DNA from: Octopus vulgaris
Lineage: Eukaryota
Direction of reading: 5' to 3'
Length of the DNA stretch: 64,000 nucleotides
NCBI GenBank assembly: GCA_951406725.2
Contig: OX597839.1
Location: 10,044,001 to 10,108,000 of the forward strand
The position numbers and the translations under genes are program-made. Below are positions 31,501 through 44,046 of this stretch, in pieces (the stretch's first letter is position 1; each line of letters starts with the position of its first letter). Under the pieces are notes generated by a model. It was given only the letters and a program-made list of their open reading frames with translations. It was not told where the DNA came from and did no database searches.

Positions 31501-34500
31501 TCTAAAAAACAAGTCAGGGTGGTCATGGCTGGAATGCCTTTGAACATAAATATGCTCAATTGAGGTTAAACAATAATCATGATATCTCTTTAAGCCAAAA
31601 GAAGAAAAAAAACATTTTCTTCTCTGGTGCATGTAACTTGCTGATCCCTTCAACACCTAATATAGAATCTTTCCCACCAACCTTGATGCCATGGCAGACG
31701 GACAATTGGTTCATGATCAATCAATAGCTTCCCTTTCTCTTCAATTTTCTTCACTCTTCCCTGGAGTGTCACATTCTTCTGGATAAACTTTAATGGCACT
31801 TCTTCCACCTTAGAGAATTTGGAAAACTGAAGTAAATAAAATATTATTATTACCATCATCATTATCACAATTGTTACTGCATGGACATTTTTTCTAACAA
31901 ATTTTCGGATAGATAAATAGATAGGTACATAGGTAGATAAGGAGATAGGTGATAGATAGGTAGATAGATAAGATAGACAGAAGGTGGCAAGCTGGCAGAA
32001 ACGTTAGCATGCCGGGCAAAATGCTGAGCGGTATTTCGTCTGCCGCTACGTTCTGAGCTCAAATTCCGCCGAGGTCAACTTTGCCTTTCATCCTTTTGGG
32101 GTCGATAAATTAAGTACCAGTCACGCACCAGAGTCAATGTAATCGACTTAATACCTAAGCCTGTTCTTGTTTGTCCCCTCTATGTTTAGCCCCTTGTGGG
32201 TAATAAAGAAATAGGTATTTCGTCTGCCGTTACATTCTGAGTTCAAATTCCACCGAGGTCGACTTTGCCTTTCATCCCTTTCGGGGTCGATAAATTAAGT
32301 ACCAGTTATGCACTGGGGTCAATGTAATCGATTTAATCCCTTTGCCTGTCCTTGTTTGTCCCCTCTATGTTTAGCCCCTTGTGAGCAATAAAGAAGTAAG
32401 ATAGACAGACAGAAAGACAAATGGATTGATTGTCCAATCAATAGTGCTTATGTGGATTTTCATATCTTCTCAAGAATCAAATGTTTCAGAAAAATATAAA
32501 ATTTTCAAAATAACCATGGAATTTCCATGGCTACAGCTAGTAGTAGTTGTTGTTGTTGTTATTGTTATTATTATTGTTATTATTATTATTATTAAGGCAG
32601 TGAGTGGGCAGAATCATTAGCACACTGGACAAAATACTTAGAGGTATTTTGTCCATCACTACGTTCTGAGTTCAAATTCCGCCAAGGTCGACTTAACCTT
32701 TCATCCTTTTGGGATCGATAAATTAAGTACGAGCGAAAAACTGGGACTGATGTAATCAACTTATCCCCTCCCCACTAAAATGGCTGCTCTTGTGGCAAAA
32801 TTTAAAACTATTATTATTATTATTATTATTAAGGTGGTGAGCTGGCAGAATCATTAGCACGTTGGACGAAATGCTTAGCAGTATTTCGTCCATTGCTCTG
32901 TCCCAAGTTCAAATTCCACCAAGGTCAATTTTGCCTTTCATCCTTTTGGGGGGAGGGTCGATAAATTAAGTACCTGTTGAACATTGGGGTCAATGTAATT
33001 GATGCATCCTCTTCCCACAAAGTTGAAGCCTTGTACCTCCAGAAGTAAGGATTATTATTATTATTACTATTATTATCAATGCAGCGAGCTCACTGAACCA
33101 TTAGCATGTCAGGCAGAATGCTTAGCAGCATTTTGTCTGTCTTTATGTTCTGACTTCAAATCCTGCTGATTAAGTACCAGTGAAACACTAGGTCCAATGT
33201 AATCGGCTAGACCCCTACCCCCAAATTTCAGGCCTTGTGCTTATAGTAGAAAGGAGGAGGAGGAGGATTCTTCCAGAATCATTAGCACATCAGGCGAAAT
33301 TCTTAGCAGTATTTCACCTGTCACTAGATTCTGAGTTCAAATTCCACTGAGGTCGACTTTGCCTTTCATCCTTTCAGGGTTGATAAATTAAGTAATTTAG
33401 AAGATTGATGGAAGAGTGGGTGTTAGAAGACGAGCTGTGGGGGACGCCTTGATAAAAGTTCAATTCTGCTGAGATGGATAGGTTTTCTCAAGCACAACAT
33501 ATCACTGTTCGTTTCAGTACCCTGTCATCTCCACCAAGAGGCTTAACAACTTGAGATCAGCCTTCACTGATTCATCTCAGAAAGGATTTATTTGTTTGGT
33601 ATTTCTAACAGGTTAGTGGTAAGAGGAACAGCAGTATTAAGATTTGAACTGTTGACCATGCAATTAATAATCAGTCAATGCATTAATTATAGAGCCCACA
33701 ACTCTCATTGTATTTCAATTAATAGAAGAAAAAGTCATCAAAAAAACAAGTTAATTAAAGAATGAGTAAAAAAATGTATAACAATGCAGAATCGTTGGCA
33801 AATTTGATTGTGGAATACTTACAGGCCTCAAACTCCGTAGACAAAGAATCACTCCAAATGTTCCTATGCAATAAATACCAGTCTGTTGAAGAGAAGAGTA
33901 AACTTTGAGTTACAATATGTTATGGGAGTGTAAAAGTGCTAGAGAGGTACAGAATCTTTGGTAGAGTTCCTATCAAAATAGCTCACCTGGTACCCAGCTC
34001 TCATGTCTCCATGAATTGTCCATATGCAACAGAGAGCAACCTCCTGGCCAATGGCATTGGTAGGTTGGGTAAATCAAGTTATTGATAGCTGATCGATTTT
34101 AAACTCCTACTGAAATTCTTTAACCCTTTTGATACCAACCCGGCCAAAACTGCCTCTGGCTCTGTAGTACAAATGTCTTGTTTTCATCAGTATCAAATTA
34201 AAATCTTGCACCAAAATCTACTTATTGCGTAGGAGGGCTTTTCAAAAGCCTGATGTCAGTGAGAAAATACATTGAAATAAAAAAAGGTGAGAGTCCTTGG
34301 TACGATACAAACGAGGGTTGCTCTGACAGGCATGCTGGCCATAAAGCACAACAGCAAAATAAAAAAATTTTTTTTAATTTCCCCGCGAAATTGGGAGGCT
34401 GGCCATAAAGCACAACAGCAAAATATATATTTTTAAAAAATTTCCCCGCGAAATTGGGAGCAGTCTGTATTTCGGAGTCAATAAAATAAGGACCAGTTGA

Positions 34501-35514
34501 GTAGTGAGATCCATGTATTCGGCTAGCCCTTTCCCCACCACAGTTTCAGGCCTTGTGCCTATAGTAGAAAGGATGATGATTATTATTGTTTGTTGGGTTG
34601 TTACAATCTGGGTTCAAATCCCACTGAGGTCAACTTTGCTTTCATCTTTCCAGAATCGATAAAATAAAGTATCAATCAAATACTAAGGTCGATTATATTG
34701 ACTACTCCCCTCCGTTCAAAACTAGTGACCTTGGCCTCAAATCAGAAATTATCATTATTATTTGTTTCTAGTTCTTATCGTATCATGACACAATCTCCGG
34801 GACAACCTAGTTTAGGTTTTCCGGTGAAAACAAATTAGACTTTGGCGATATATTTGATAAGAGTTTATGGACAACCATAAAATCTGAAGCCCCTTCGTCA
34901 TACACCAATGACCTTAACTCTGCGGGCAGAGGGTGGACAGCGAGTTATTAATTTTGTTTATCCACCACCCCTGTCAGCACTGACCGAACAAAAGTGTTCA
35001 AGCAATGACTATCACGTCTTTTATTCAGACAGAATATACCTGGGACTATATTATCCAATCTGTCCTTCTCCACCACCATAAGATAATACGGTGTGCTTTG
35101 AAGGAAATTTAACTGATATTTTTAGCAGGTCAAGCTGCCACGCAGAGGCTTTCCGGACAGTGGCTCACAGAATAAGTGGTTTTGTCAAGGACATAGGTGA
35201 TAAAAACGATCCCAAATGACAAACGAAAGCAGTTGCTCTTCGGGATACAAATATTACTCCAAATAACCATCAGAACAACATTAGAGACAACAATAAAATA
35301 TAAGATATTTACATAATTCCATTTTCGGAAGTGAAACTTAACGCATAATAACAATAAATAATTCTGCAAAACAAACTAATAACCAACTTTATAAAAATAA
35401 CAAATAGCTAATTATTTCAGAATATCTTACCCTGATTTCAGTTATATGGGAATCGATGTAATTGTGAATATCGACCTTTTTGACGGGGAATTTGTCTGGT
35501 AAATTCAGAGGCAT
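28304..35514 (-). CDS. C3orf33: C3orf33 orthologue (membrane-anchored SNase-like OB-fold protein), 239 aa. Exons: 35514-35431, 33882-33823, 31826-31682, 30254-30100, 28579-28304.
   Basis: GT-AG introns, phases 0/0/1/0, 720 nt. The product aligns colinearly with human C3orf33 as recalled: SKFSKVEEVPLKFIQKNVTLQGRV vs SKFTSSSDIPVEFIRRNVKLRGRL; LPVRLA vs LLVKLA; IWFQ vs LWFQ; VNINEKMV vs VNLNEEIL; ADKKGVGMW vs ALKKGEGIW. Confidence 0.9.
28790..29100. repeat. 28-bp minisatellite (GTTTTGTTTGGGGACAGAGGGACGCAAA) in C3orf33 intron 4
   Basis: About 8 copies in three blocks. Confidence 0.9.
29495..29790 (+). mobile_element. Degenerate RTE LINE 3' fragment
   Basis: WQRRLQWFDHV...KKTWVKQIEEDLK...DWKAW. 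Confidence 0.6.
30100..30254 (-). CDS. C3orf33: C3orf33 exon 4: (D)KPCLPVRLAFLSISPQSRLWLLKNVLDKHIWFQPVRISNGGLSIDCIVYTK
   Basis: ttcag acceptor, AAG|gtgaga donor. Confidence 0.88.
31682..31826 (-). CDS. C3orf33: C3orf33 exon 3: FSKFSKVEEVPLKFIQKNVTLQGRVKKIEEKGKLLIDHEPIVRLPWHQ
   Basis: ttcag acceptor; phase-1 donor G|gttggt required by the next exon. Confidence 0.9.
31983..33395 (+). mobile_element. Head-to-tail cluster of about 6 family C SINEs in C3orf33 intron 2
   Basis: Copies at about 31983, 32214, 32595, 32831, 33080 and 33280, several separated by (ATT)n runs. Confidence 0.88.
33823..33882 (-). CDS. C3orf33: C3orf33 exon 2 (hydrophobic segment): TGIYCIGTFGVILCLRSLRP
   Basis: cag acceptor, gtaagt donor, 60 nt; resembles human NISTGMAIAGIMLLLRSIRL. 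Confidence 0.88.
35431..35514 (-). CDS. C3orf33: C3orf33 exon 1: MPLNLPDKFPVKKVDIHNYIDSHITEIR
   Basis: aaaATG start, AGG|gtaag donor, CpG-retaining context; DSHITEIR resembles human DDHLRLVR. Confidence 0.82.
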
Positions 35515-35637
35515 TTTAACCGAAGACAGTAGCACACATTGACGCTGAAGGATGAAATGTGTCACGGAGAGCGAGGGGAGGTAACTCTAAATATTTACTC
35601 TGACGGTTATTGCTTCATATACATTATTTCTCGGTTC
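35515..35637 (-). promoter_or_regulatory. Probable C3orf33 5'UTR / core promoter
   Basis: Directly upstream of the ATG, visibly CpG-retaining and non-repetitive; contains GGGGAGGTAACTCT. Confidence 0.5.
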
Positions 35638-36014
35638 GTGGAGGCGCAATGGCCCAGTGGTTAGGGCAGCGGACTCGCGGTCGTAGGATCGTGGTTTCGA
35701 TTCCCAGACCGGGCGTTGTGAGTGTTTATTGAGCGAAATCACCTAAAGTTCCACGAGGCTCCGGCAGGGGATGGTGGTGATCCCTGCTGTACTCTTTCAT
35801 CACAACTTTCTCTTATTTCCTGTTTCTGTTGTACCTGTATTTCAAAGGGCCGGTCTTGTCACTCTCTGTGTCACGCTGAATATCCCCGAGAACTACGTTA
35901 AGGGTACACGTGTCTGTGGAATGTTCAGCCACTTACACGTTAATTTCACGAGCAGGCTGTTCCGTTGATCGGATCAACCGGAACCCTCGTCGTCGTAACC
36001 GACGGAGTGCTTCC
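35638..36014 (+). mobile_element. SINE family B, tail variant 1, full copy
   Basis: GTGGAGGCGCAATGGCCCAGTGGTTAGGGCAGCGGACTCGCG...GGTTTCGATTCCC; ends GACGGAGTGCTTCCA; inverted twin at 53358-53744. Confidence 0.9.
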
Positions 36015-36957
36015 ATCCATCCATTTCTCGGTTCCTTTGTATTGACATTCACACAGACACGCTCGCGCGACGACATAATCGCCCCACGGTTAAAAGTGAT
36101 GCCCGTTATGGAGTACTGCTCCCACATCTGAGCGACAATGCTGATTCTTTATTTTGGCACTCAGGCCACTTAACACAGAGGGGACACAAGGACAGACACA
36201 ACGCCACAGTGGGGACAATAAACATATAACGAATGAATATGAATTATATAAAAATGTAAGATGAATGGCTGCATGGGCCCCACTCCTCATACAGTACCAT
36301 TTGAACATTAGTACAAACTGTTCTTACAATCATGTTATATTGTCTGTTGTTTTTTTCTTAATTATCGTTTTTTTTCTCTTTTTCCTTCGAAGCACTTTTT
36401 TCCTTTTTTTAAACAAAGTAACTTTACTTACTCTTTTTTTCCCCTCCTTTTAATGCTTCATATAAGGCTCCAGATCTGTAAGTTCGATTACTGAGCGGCA
36501 AGGCAGCTGTTACGCAGTGAGATTCTGTATTTTATCCTGAGACAAGCCACTCGGCTGATAAACACTTGCATCACAAACGGTCACACTCCAACCGCTGACC
36601 AACAGGCGTACTCTCTCCTGTACGTCTTTTTTTTCTAACGCTGTCTGGTCTCGAATCTCCGCCACTCATGAATCCCGACCTACTTGTCTCTCCACCACTC
36701 AAAACCCATGGAGTGTCCAAACTCCATTTTCTCTACCCTAACTACTAGGCCCAGTCTGTCATTTCCAGAACATAATATCTGTGGAATCTTCTGTCTCTCG
36801 TATCCTACAGGTGTTGACTTGCAACAATTCAAACAGAACATTAATAGTCTCACACTACCAATATTGGAGAGCCTGCAAAGGCCATGGGCATGGACCCTTC
36901 CTCCAAACTCAGAATATAAAAGATGTGTGAGAAAAGAAAATCAACAGAACAGCCCAC

Positions 36958-37735
36958 AGGCATGGCTGTATAGTAAGAATATTGTTTCCTAACCACATGG
37001 TTCTGGATTCAGTCCCACTGCATAACACCTTGGGCAAATGTCTTCTACTATAACCCTGGGCTAACCAAAGCCTTGAATGGATTTAGTAGATAGAAACTGA
37101 AAGAAGCCTGTTGTATATTTATAAGGCGCAGGAGTGGCTGTGTGGTAAGTAGCTTGTTTACCAACCACATGGTTCCGAGTTCAGTCCCACTGCATGACAC
37201 CTTGGGCAAGTGTCTGCTACTATAGCCTCAGGCTGACCAAAGCCTTGTGAATGGATTTGGTAGACGGAAACGGAAAAGAAGACCGTCATATATATGTATA
37301 TATATATATGTGTGTGTATGTTTGTGTGTCTGTGTTTGTCTCCCTAGCATTGCTTGACAACCGATGCTGGTGTGTTTATGTCCCCGTTACTTAGTGGTTC
37401 GGCAAAAGAGACCGATAGAATAAGTACTAGGCTTACAAAGAATAAGTTCTGGGGTCGATTTGCTCGATTAAAGGTGGTGTTCCAGCATGGCCGCAGTCAA
37501 ATGACTGAAACAAGTAAAAGAGTATATGTATCTATATGTATGTGTTTGTCTCCTACCACTGCTTGACAACCGGTGTTGGTGTGTTTACATCCCCATAATC
37601 TTGTGGTTTGGCAAAAGAAACTGATAGAATAAGTACCAGGCTTTTAAAGAAATTATGTACTGGGGTTGACTCTTCAAGGCATTGTCTCAGCCAGGCCACA
37701 GTCTAATGACTGAAACAAGTAAAAAATAAGAGTTG
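36958..37735 (+). mobile_element. Nested SINE family A copies (young copy 37128-37523 inside an older one)
   Basis: Older head at 36958-37115 and older tail at 37540-37730 surround a full copy. Confidence 0.85.
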
Positions 37736-38106
37736 GGAATCAAATCTTGTACCTACTGCATTCCAGACAGCTGAGTTACTAACTGCACCAAAGAGGCTCT
37801 CAACAAACTAAGCTTTCGAATTAGTATATATAAATATTTTGCTGGATAGGCCAAGTGTATTTACCTCCTCTCATATCATAGGAGGATCATAAAGCATTGT
37901 TGTAGTCAGCCACCATGAGAGAGACCAATATTGTTTAAGACCAGTGGTGCCAAATATAAACAGGATATTGCTTGACATTTCTTGAAAAGAACTTTGACAT
38001 TCCTTTGCACCATTGATACTACCAAGGAATGCCAAGGTTTTTTTGCCCCATATTGTAGTGTGGATACTTTTTCCTTTTGTTCTCTATGTCACCACCATAT
38101 TAAACT

Positions 38107-38322
38107 ATTTCTTTATTGCCCACAGGGCACAAACAAGGACAGACAAAGGGATTAAGTCGATTACATCGATCCCAGTGTGTAACTGGTACTTAATTTATCT
38201 ACTCCAAAAGGATGAAAAGCAAAGTCGACCTCGGCGGAATTTGAACTCAGAATGTAACGGCAGACGAAATACTGCTAAGCATTTTGCTCGATGTGCTAAC
38301 ATTTCTGCCAACTCGCTGCCTT
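38107..38322 (-). mobile_element. SINE family C copy
   Basis: Reverse complement of 26462-26691. Confidence 0.85.
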
Positions 38323-38334
38323 GAAAACCAGAGA

Positions 38335-38893
38335 TACCTGCTTAGGTAGAATGGTTATGTGGGGAATTAGAAGGGTGTGGAAGCTTAAGACTTCTTTGAT
38401 TAGTCAGAGATTTAGAGACATCCTAAATGAAGCATATGATAAGAAGGAAAAGGAGTTACAGACTTGTAGCATAGAAGCTAAGTGAAAGTTCCTATGGGAC
38501 AACTTGCTGAGTGCTGCAGATCAAATTTGTGGTTGGGGCAAAGTCCCAGCCAAGACTAAGGTGATATGGTGATAGAACAGAGTAGTCGAAGGGCCATTAG
38601 AGAAAAGAAACAGGATTGGAAGGGTGGTGGTATCAAGGAGTTATATCAGGCAGCTAGAAAGGAAGCTAAGAAGCTGGTATACTTAGCCAGGAGTGAAGCA
38701 GAAAGAGAGAAGTTTACCAGTGTCTTACAGCACGAGGACTATAGGCTTGAAATGATTTGGCTTGCAAGACAGTGTGCCAGGGAAAATTGTGATGTTATGA
38801 GAAAGAAGTGTATTCACATGGATGATGGTTCACTTGCAGTTAGTGACTCTGCAGAGAAAGAGGCTAGGAAATGTCACTATGAAAGGCTACTAA
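38335..38893 (+). mobile_element. Degenerate RTE LINE fragment (endonuclease-RT linker)
   Basis: RRVWKLK...RFRDIL...YQAARKEAKKLVYLARSEAE...HYERLLN. Confidence 0.75.
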
Positions 38894-38894
38894 A

Positions 38895-40478
38895 TCGGCC
38901 ACGTTCGGATGGTGCTTTTTATGTGCCACCGGCACAGAAGCCAGTCGAGTCGGCGCTGGCTACGGCCACGTTCGGATAGTGCTTTTTATGTATCACAACT
39001 ACTATTTCCATTGATATTTATTTCGATGTTCATGTTCATGTTCATGTACTTGACTCAACAGGTCTCCTCAAGCACAGCGGGACATTCTGGGATCCAGGGT
39101 ACTTTGAATGGGCAGGGGCTATGCGGAACTGGTGCAGAAAGCAGCCCGGGTCTTTGCAGTCACAGCATATCTCCAGAGATCTCGGTCCTTCGCCATTACC
39201 TCAGTGAGGCCCAACGCTCTGAGGTCATGCTTGACTACCTCATCCCATGTCTTCCTGGGTCTACCTCTCCCCCTGATACCTTCAACTGTTTGGGAGTGGC
39301 ACTTCTTCACACATCTCTCCTCATCCATCCGCAGTACATTACCATACCATCGCAAGCGTCGCTCTTGCACACCACATCTGATGCTTTCTTATGTCCAGCA
39401 TTTCTCTCAGGGTGCTTACACTCTGTTGTGTGTGCACACTGACATTACACATCCAGCGGATCATGCTAGCTTCATTTCTTTCAAGTCTACGCATGTCCTC
39501 TGCAGTCACAGCACATGTTTCACTACCGTGAAGCATGGCAGTTCACACACATGCATCATACAATCTACCTTTCACTCTGAGCGAGAGACCCTTTGTCGCC
39601 AGTAGGGGTAGGAGCTTTCTGAACTTTGCCCAGGCTATTCGTATTCTAGTGGTGATACTCTCTGAGCATCCACCTCCACTACTAACTTGGTCACCCAGGT
39701 AGCGGAAACTATCAACTACTTCCAGTTTCTCCCCCTGGAGTGTGATGGAATCTGTTTTCTGAGTGTCTGTGGTGTCTATTGTCCCTGTGCATCTGCCGCA
39801 CATGAAAGCTATCTTATCAGTTAATTTCCCTTTAATGTTGCTGCACCTCTTATGCATCCATAGCTTACATTGGGTGCATCTTATGGAGTTTCTACCTACA
39901 CCTTTTCTACAGATCGAGCAGGGCCACCTGCCCGAGGGTGTGTGTCCTGAGTTCGCCTTTCTGCTTACTATAACTTTGGTCTTTGCTACATTTACTCTAA
40001 GGCCCTTTGATTCTAACCCTTGCTTCCACACCCGAAATTTCTTTTCTAGTTCCGGTAGTGATTCTGCTATGAGAGCCAGGTCATCAGCATAGAGGAGCTC
40101 CCAGGGGCATCCTGTTTTGAATTCCTCTGTTATTGCCTGGAGGACTATGATGAATAAAAGGTGACTGAGGGCTGAGCCTTGGTGTACACCTACTTCTACC
40201 CGGAATTCTTCACTATATTCATTGCCAATCCTAACCTTGCTGACAGCCTCTCTGTATAGAGCCTGTACAGCTCTTATTAGCCATTCGTCAATCTCCAGTT
40301 TCCGCATCGACCACCAGATAAGGAATCGGGGAACCCTGTCAAAGGCTTTCTCCAAGTCCACAAAAGCTATGTAGAGGGGTTTATCTTTAGCTAGGTACTT
40401 CTCCTGCAGTTGTCGGACCAGGAATATAGCATCAGTGGTGCTTCTACCTGGCACAAAACTGAACTGCATCTCATCTAA
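38895..40478 (-). mobile_element. 5'-truncated RTE LINE: RT domain, PHD-like Cys motif, C-terminus and 3'UTR
   Basis: 308-aa ORF with STTDAIF, FVDLEKAFDRV, GVHQGS, LLYADDLAL, WPCSICRKGVG..SIRCTQC..W.HKRC and FRYLG; continues through frameshifts to RRLRWYG..GRGRPRKTW. Confidence 0.93.
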
Positions 40479-41399
40479 GCAACAAAAAGAGAGAGAATTT
40501 TCCCCACAGTAACTGCAGTGAATTTGCCTTGTAGCAGTTGAAATATATCACAAATATATTTTAACTAACCTGCTATAAAACAGTGCTTGGTTAATATTAA
40601 TGCTAAAACACTGATTGGCACTAATATGGTAATTTCCATATCCTTAGCAGGCTACTGTCACAAATCAGTCAATGTTGTTGAAGCTATAGCTTTGATAAGG
40701 TCTGAACAGAGCTGCCTCCCTTAGATATTTCCCATTGATAATGGCTAAAGAGCAAGAACCATCGATGTCTGGGAATCCAGACAGGGGATGACATTGAACA
40801 GATGTGGTGCTTTTAAACCTCTTACTATAAGAGAGGGGGGACAAACACAGACACACAAACACACACATACGACGGGCTTCTTTCAGTTTCCGCCTACCAA
40901 ATCCACTCACAAGGCTTTGGTCGGCCTGAGGCTATAGTAGAAGACACTTCCCCAAGGTGCCACGCAGTGGACTGAACTTGGAACCAATGTGGTTGGTAAG
41001 CAAGCTACTTACCACACAGCTCCGTTGGGGGTGGGGGGGTGAACCCCACTGTACTCTTTCACCACAACTTTCTATCACTCTTTCTTCCTACTTCTGCCGC
41101 AAAGCAGAGGAACCATTGTGTAACCCACTATGGTGTGATAAACTTTCAGACCCTAGTCTAGATTGCGAATCCTCTGTACTCCAGGATGGATTCAGCTCTC
41201 CACCCGTTAAAAGCCACCGTTTACGGAATGAGGATAACAACGTAGCTTTCACACCCATGCAACTGCGAGTCTATCGCGTGTGGTGGGTGGATCTTCAAGT
41301 TGCCACACGCATTCTTAGTAGCTTAGAGTAGGCTCGAATTAGAGATTATTCTTTGTGGCTAAAGGCGTGAGTCCTGATTGGAAGAAGAAGAAGACACCA

Positions 41400-42090
41400 A
41401 CAGACACTAACAGCAACACCAACAGACACAGCACCTCAAAAACTCGACAATGGAGATACAGTGGTTGCTCTGGTAACACATTCAAACAACATCTCTCCAA
41501 CCTGAGATCCTCCTTCAGGATGCCGGAAAGAAAATACGATACGTCACTAGCCAGCTGAAAAACAATGAGATTCCATACACAATTTGGAGAATCCTAGAAA
41601 ATCCAGGCTCCCACATAAACTAGGCATAGCAGATGGGTGAGGCTTCCGAAGGACTCCCTCGATATGGGGGAATATCCTTAACTCCAGAACGGCCTATTGG
41701 AACCCACAAGATAACAGTGTCACTTGTTATTGATACTGTTGTTGATATTGAGTAGCGAGGTCCTTTTCTCCTCCATATCCTAGAGAAGCCACTCGCTAGA
41801 GAGGCCTTAAGCATGTTTGATGATATGCCGTAAAGCCGAGTGCTTTATGGACGTGAAACCCAGAGTAATCCCATGAACCGGCCTTATCTAACATTTTTAT
41901 TTACATACTGCTCTATTACTTAGAATGTGCTTTTTTTTTACGGATTTATGTTTTACCGACGATATAAAACTAACTTTCTTTCCGTGCCTGAGCGTCTGTT
42001 AATACTTTGCTTGCACCACATCCTCGCGTTGTTGTTTTTTTCCTTTCTTGTGTTATTTCTTCGTTTTTGTTTTTTTGGGGGGATTAACTA
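41400..42090 (+). mobile_element. Penelope-like element remnant (GIY-YIG fragment and pseudo-LTR with a decayed hammerhead)
   Basis: RYSGCSGNTFKQHLSNLRSSFR..RKYDTSLA resembles the PLE GIY-YIG motif YIG..TFKQR..NH.SSF; TTGATGA-stem-GAAAC..GTA at 41817-41867; ends at (TA)n. Confidence 0.6.
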
Positions 42091-42101
42091 TATCTCTATA
42101 A

Positions 42102-42132
<31 letters not shown>

Positions 42133-42409
42133 AGTATATGCGTGTATACCTACATTTATATGTGTGTATGTGTATTTATGTATATATATATTTATTAAAC
42201 AGCTGTGGTGGACTGATTTCGGCGATTATTTTAAGTGGTCAGCGACATTAACTCTTCGTTTTGCAAAAGTTGACCTAATTTGTTAATAAAAATATATAAA
42301 AGAAAACAACAAAACAAAATCAAGCGTCAAAGCAGGTCAACAAAAGTTATCTGCTCCTGACTTTCCCCCTCCCTCTCTCTCTTTCTCTGCCTGTCTGTCT
42401 ATCTGTTTT

Positions 42410-42665
42410 CTCTCTTCCGTGTGTCGTGTGTTTGTCCGCTAGGTGACGCCTGTAGTGACAACTTCCTCAGTTAAACTATAGACTGGGCTGCCATGTTGAT
42501 ACTTGTCCAGTCTGCCTCTCCAGAGACGGCAATCCCATCGACCACAGCCCTACATTTATAAACATTTTCATTGGACTTTCATACACATACATATATAAAT
42601 CTGTGTGTGTGTGTGTTGTACATATATAGATATATATACTCTCCCAATTCCATACCTTTACATAG
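42410..42665 (+). other. Probable non-coding first exon of an unidentified + strand gene, with a 22-codon uORF (42493-42561)
   Basis: Unique CpG-retaining sequence after a pyrimidine tract, a YY1-type GCCATGTT motif, and a consensus donor TAG|GTGAGT at 42665/42666. Confidence 0.4.
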
Positions 42666-42714
42666 GTGAGTATTTCTACACTTTACTAATGACTGTTTTG
42701 TGTGATTGAATTCA

Positions 42715-42910
42715 ATCATCCATCCATCTTTCTACCCGTCTACTTATTTATCTACCAATCTGTCTATCTATCTATTTATCTATCTACTTATATGTCTATC
42801 TATATGTCTATCCATCTATCCCTCTATCTATCTAAGTATCTATCTATCCATCCATCTATCTAAATATCTATCTATCTATCTGTCTATCTCTGTCTGACTA
42901 TCTATATATA
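42715..42910. repeat. (TCTA)n microsatellite
   Basis: Degenerate ATCT repeats. Confidence 0.9.
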
Positions 42911-44046
42911 TGTCCGTCTATAAACGGGAGAAAGACTACTGATTCCATGGAGTATATAGTTTATTTATTCTTTGCTCGTTGGTGAATCACTTCGTCAGTT
43001 ACTCAGAGTTTCTGAGAGCTTAGATAATGCGATTGAGCTTCAAGCGCCAAAAGATTGTGTTCTGTATTAATCCTCTTGATCTTAATTTATACTTGGCATC
43101 GGTACCAAAAAGAAGTCCTGCAGATATATGCACCTAAAGCCAAAAAAAATCACATAAAAAAAGATTAAAATAATGAAAAAGAAACACCATATATTCATAT
43201 AGTTAGTGTGTACATACTAATATATTGCATACTTCGTTGTCCTCACCATCACCTCGTATACATCCCGTTATTTACGAGTTTTGCTTTTTGTTCTTTTGTT
43301 ACTTCATAAAAACAAATTCTTATCTGTGAATAAATATGAATATCGATCTATCTATCTTTCTTTCTTCATACATATACGCTTTATAGTGATCGAACAGAAG
43401 AGCAATCAATAATAATTTTTCTATCTGCTAGAAATCTCGGGTACCGACGAATTCTGATTGTATTTTACTCCCCCCTCCCTCTCTTTATCTATCTATCTCT
43501 ATCCATTGATAGATAGATGTGTATTGTATACTCTCTAAGTATTGAGTCCTTTCTCATTTAGTCATCGTTCGTTGTTTTTCTATATTTATAAAGTCTCTAG
43601 TTTAAAAGTACATATATAATACATAAACACAGCAACGGGAGAAAGAAAAAAGTGCCTTTACAAGCTTGTTATTCACCCCGTAAGCTACTCATTCTTTTCG
43701 CTCAAGACCATTCATTGAGCGAAAAACTCCGAGTAGCCACAGATTGAATCAGCTGTTTGGAACATATGTACCATTTATTTCTTGACCTACTGATAATAAA
43801 AGTCATATCTTAAAAAAATCACATCCCTATAATGTGTAGACGAAACATTGTTGGAGGGCACATTGCATAATGTAATCATTGTGTGTAGGTGTTAAAATAC
43901 AATCTTCCATGTTGTTGAACCCTTGGTCAGTTTTAATTGATAGGTTAGACCCGTTTATCTAGGGTGTTCCCATCGTGACCATCATCTTTTCAGTTTTTTT
44001 TTTGTATATAGTGGAATGCCTTGTCAAATGTGTCCTTTATTTAGAT

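Noticed and set aside
35638-35712. tRNA genes (also at 4381, 16830, 18760, 20529 and 53670)
   Set aside because: These tRNA-like heads run directly into SINE bodies and lack a proper acceptor stem and terminator.
39800-39930. PHD-like Cys motif as a captured host domain
   Set aside because: It is in frame within the RT ORF, a layout I recall in other RTE-clade elements, so it is not specific to this locus.
38335-40478. Opposed RTE fragments as a twin-priming 5' inversion
   Set aside because: The plus fragment abuts the 3' end, not the 5' end, of the minus copy and is more decayed, so independent insertions are more likely.
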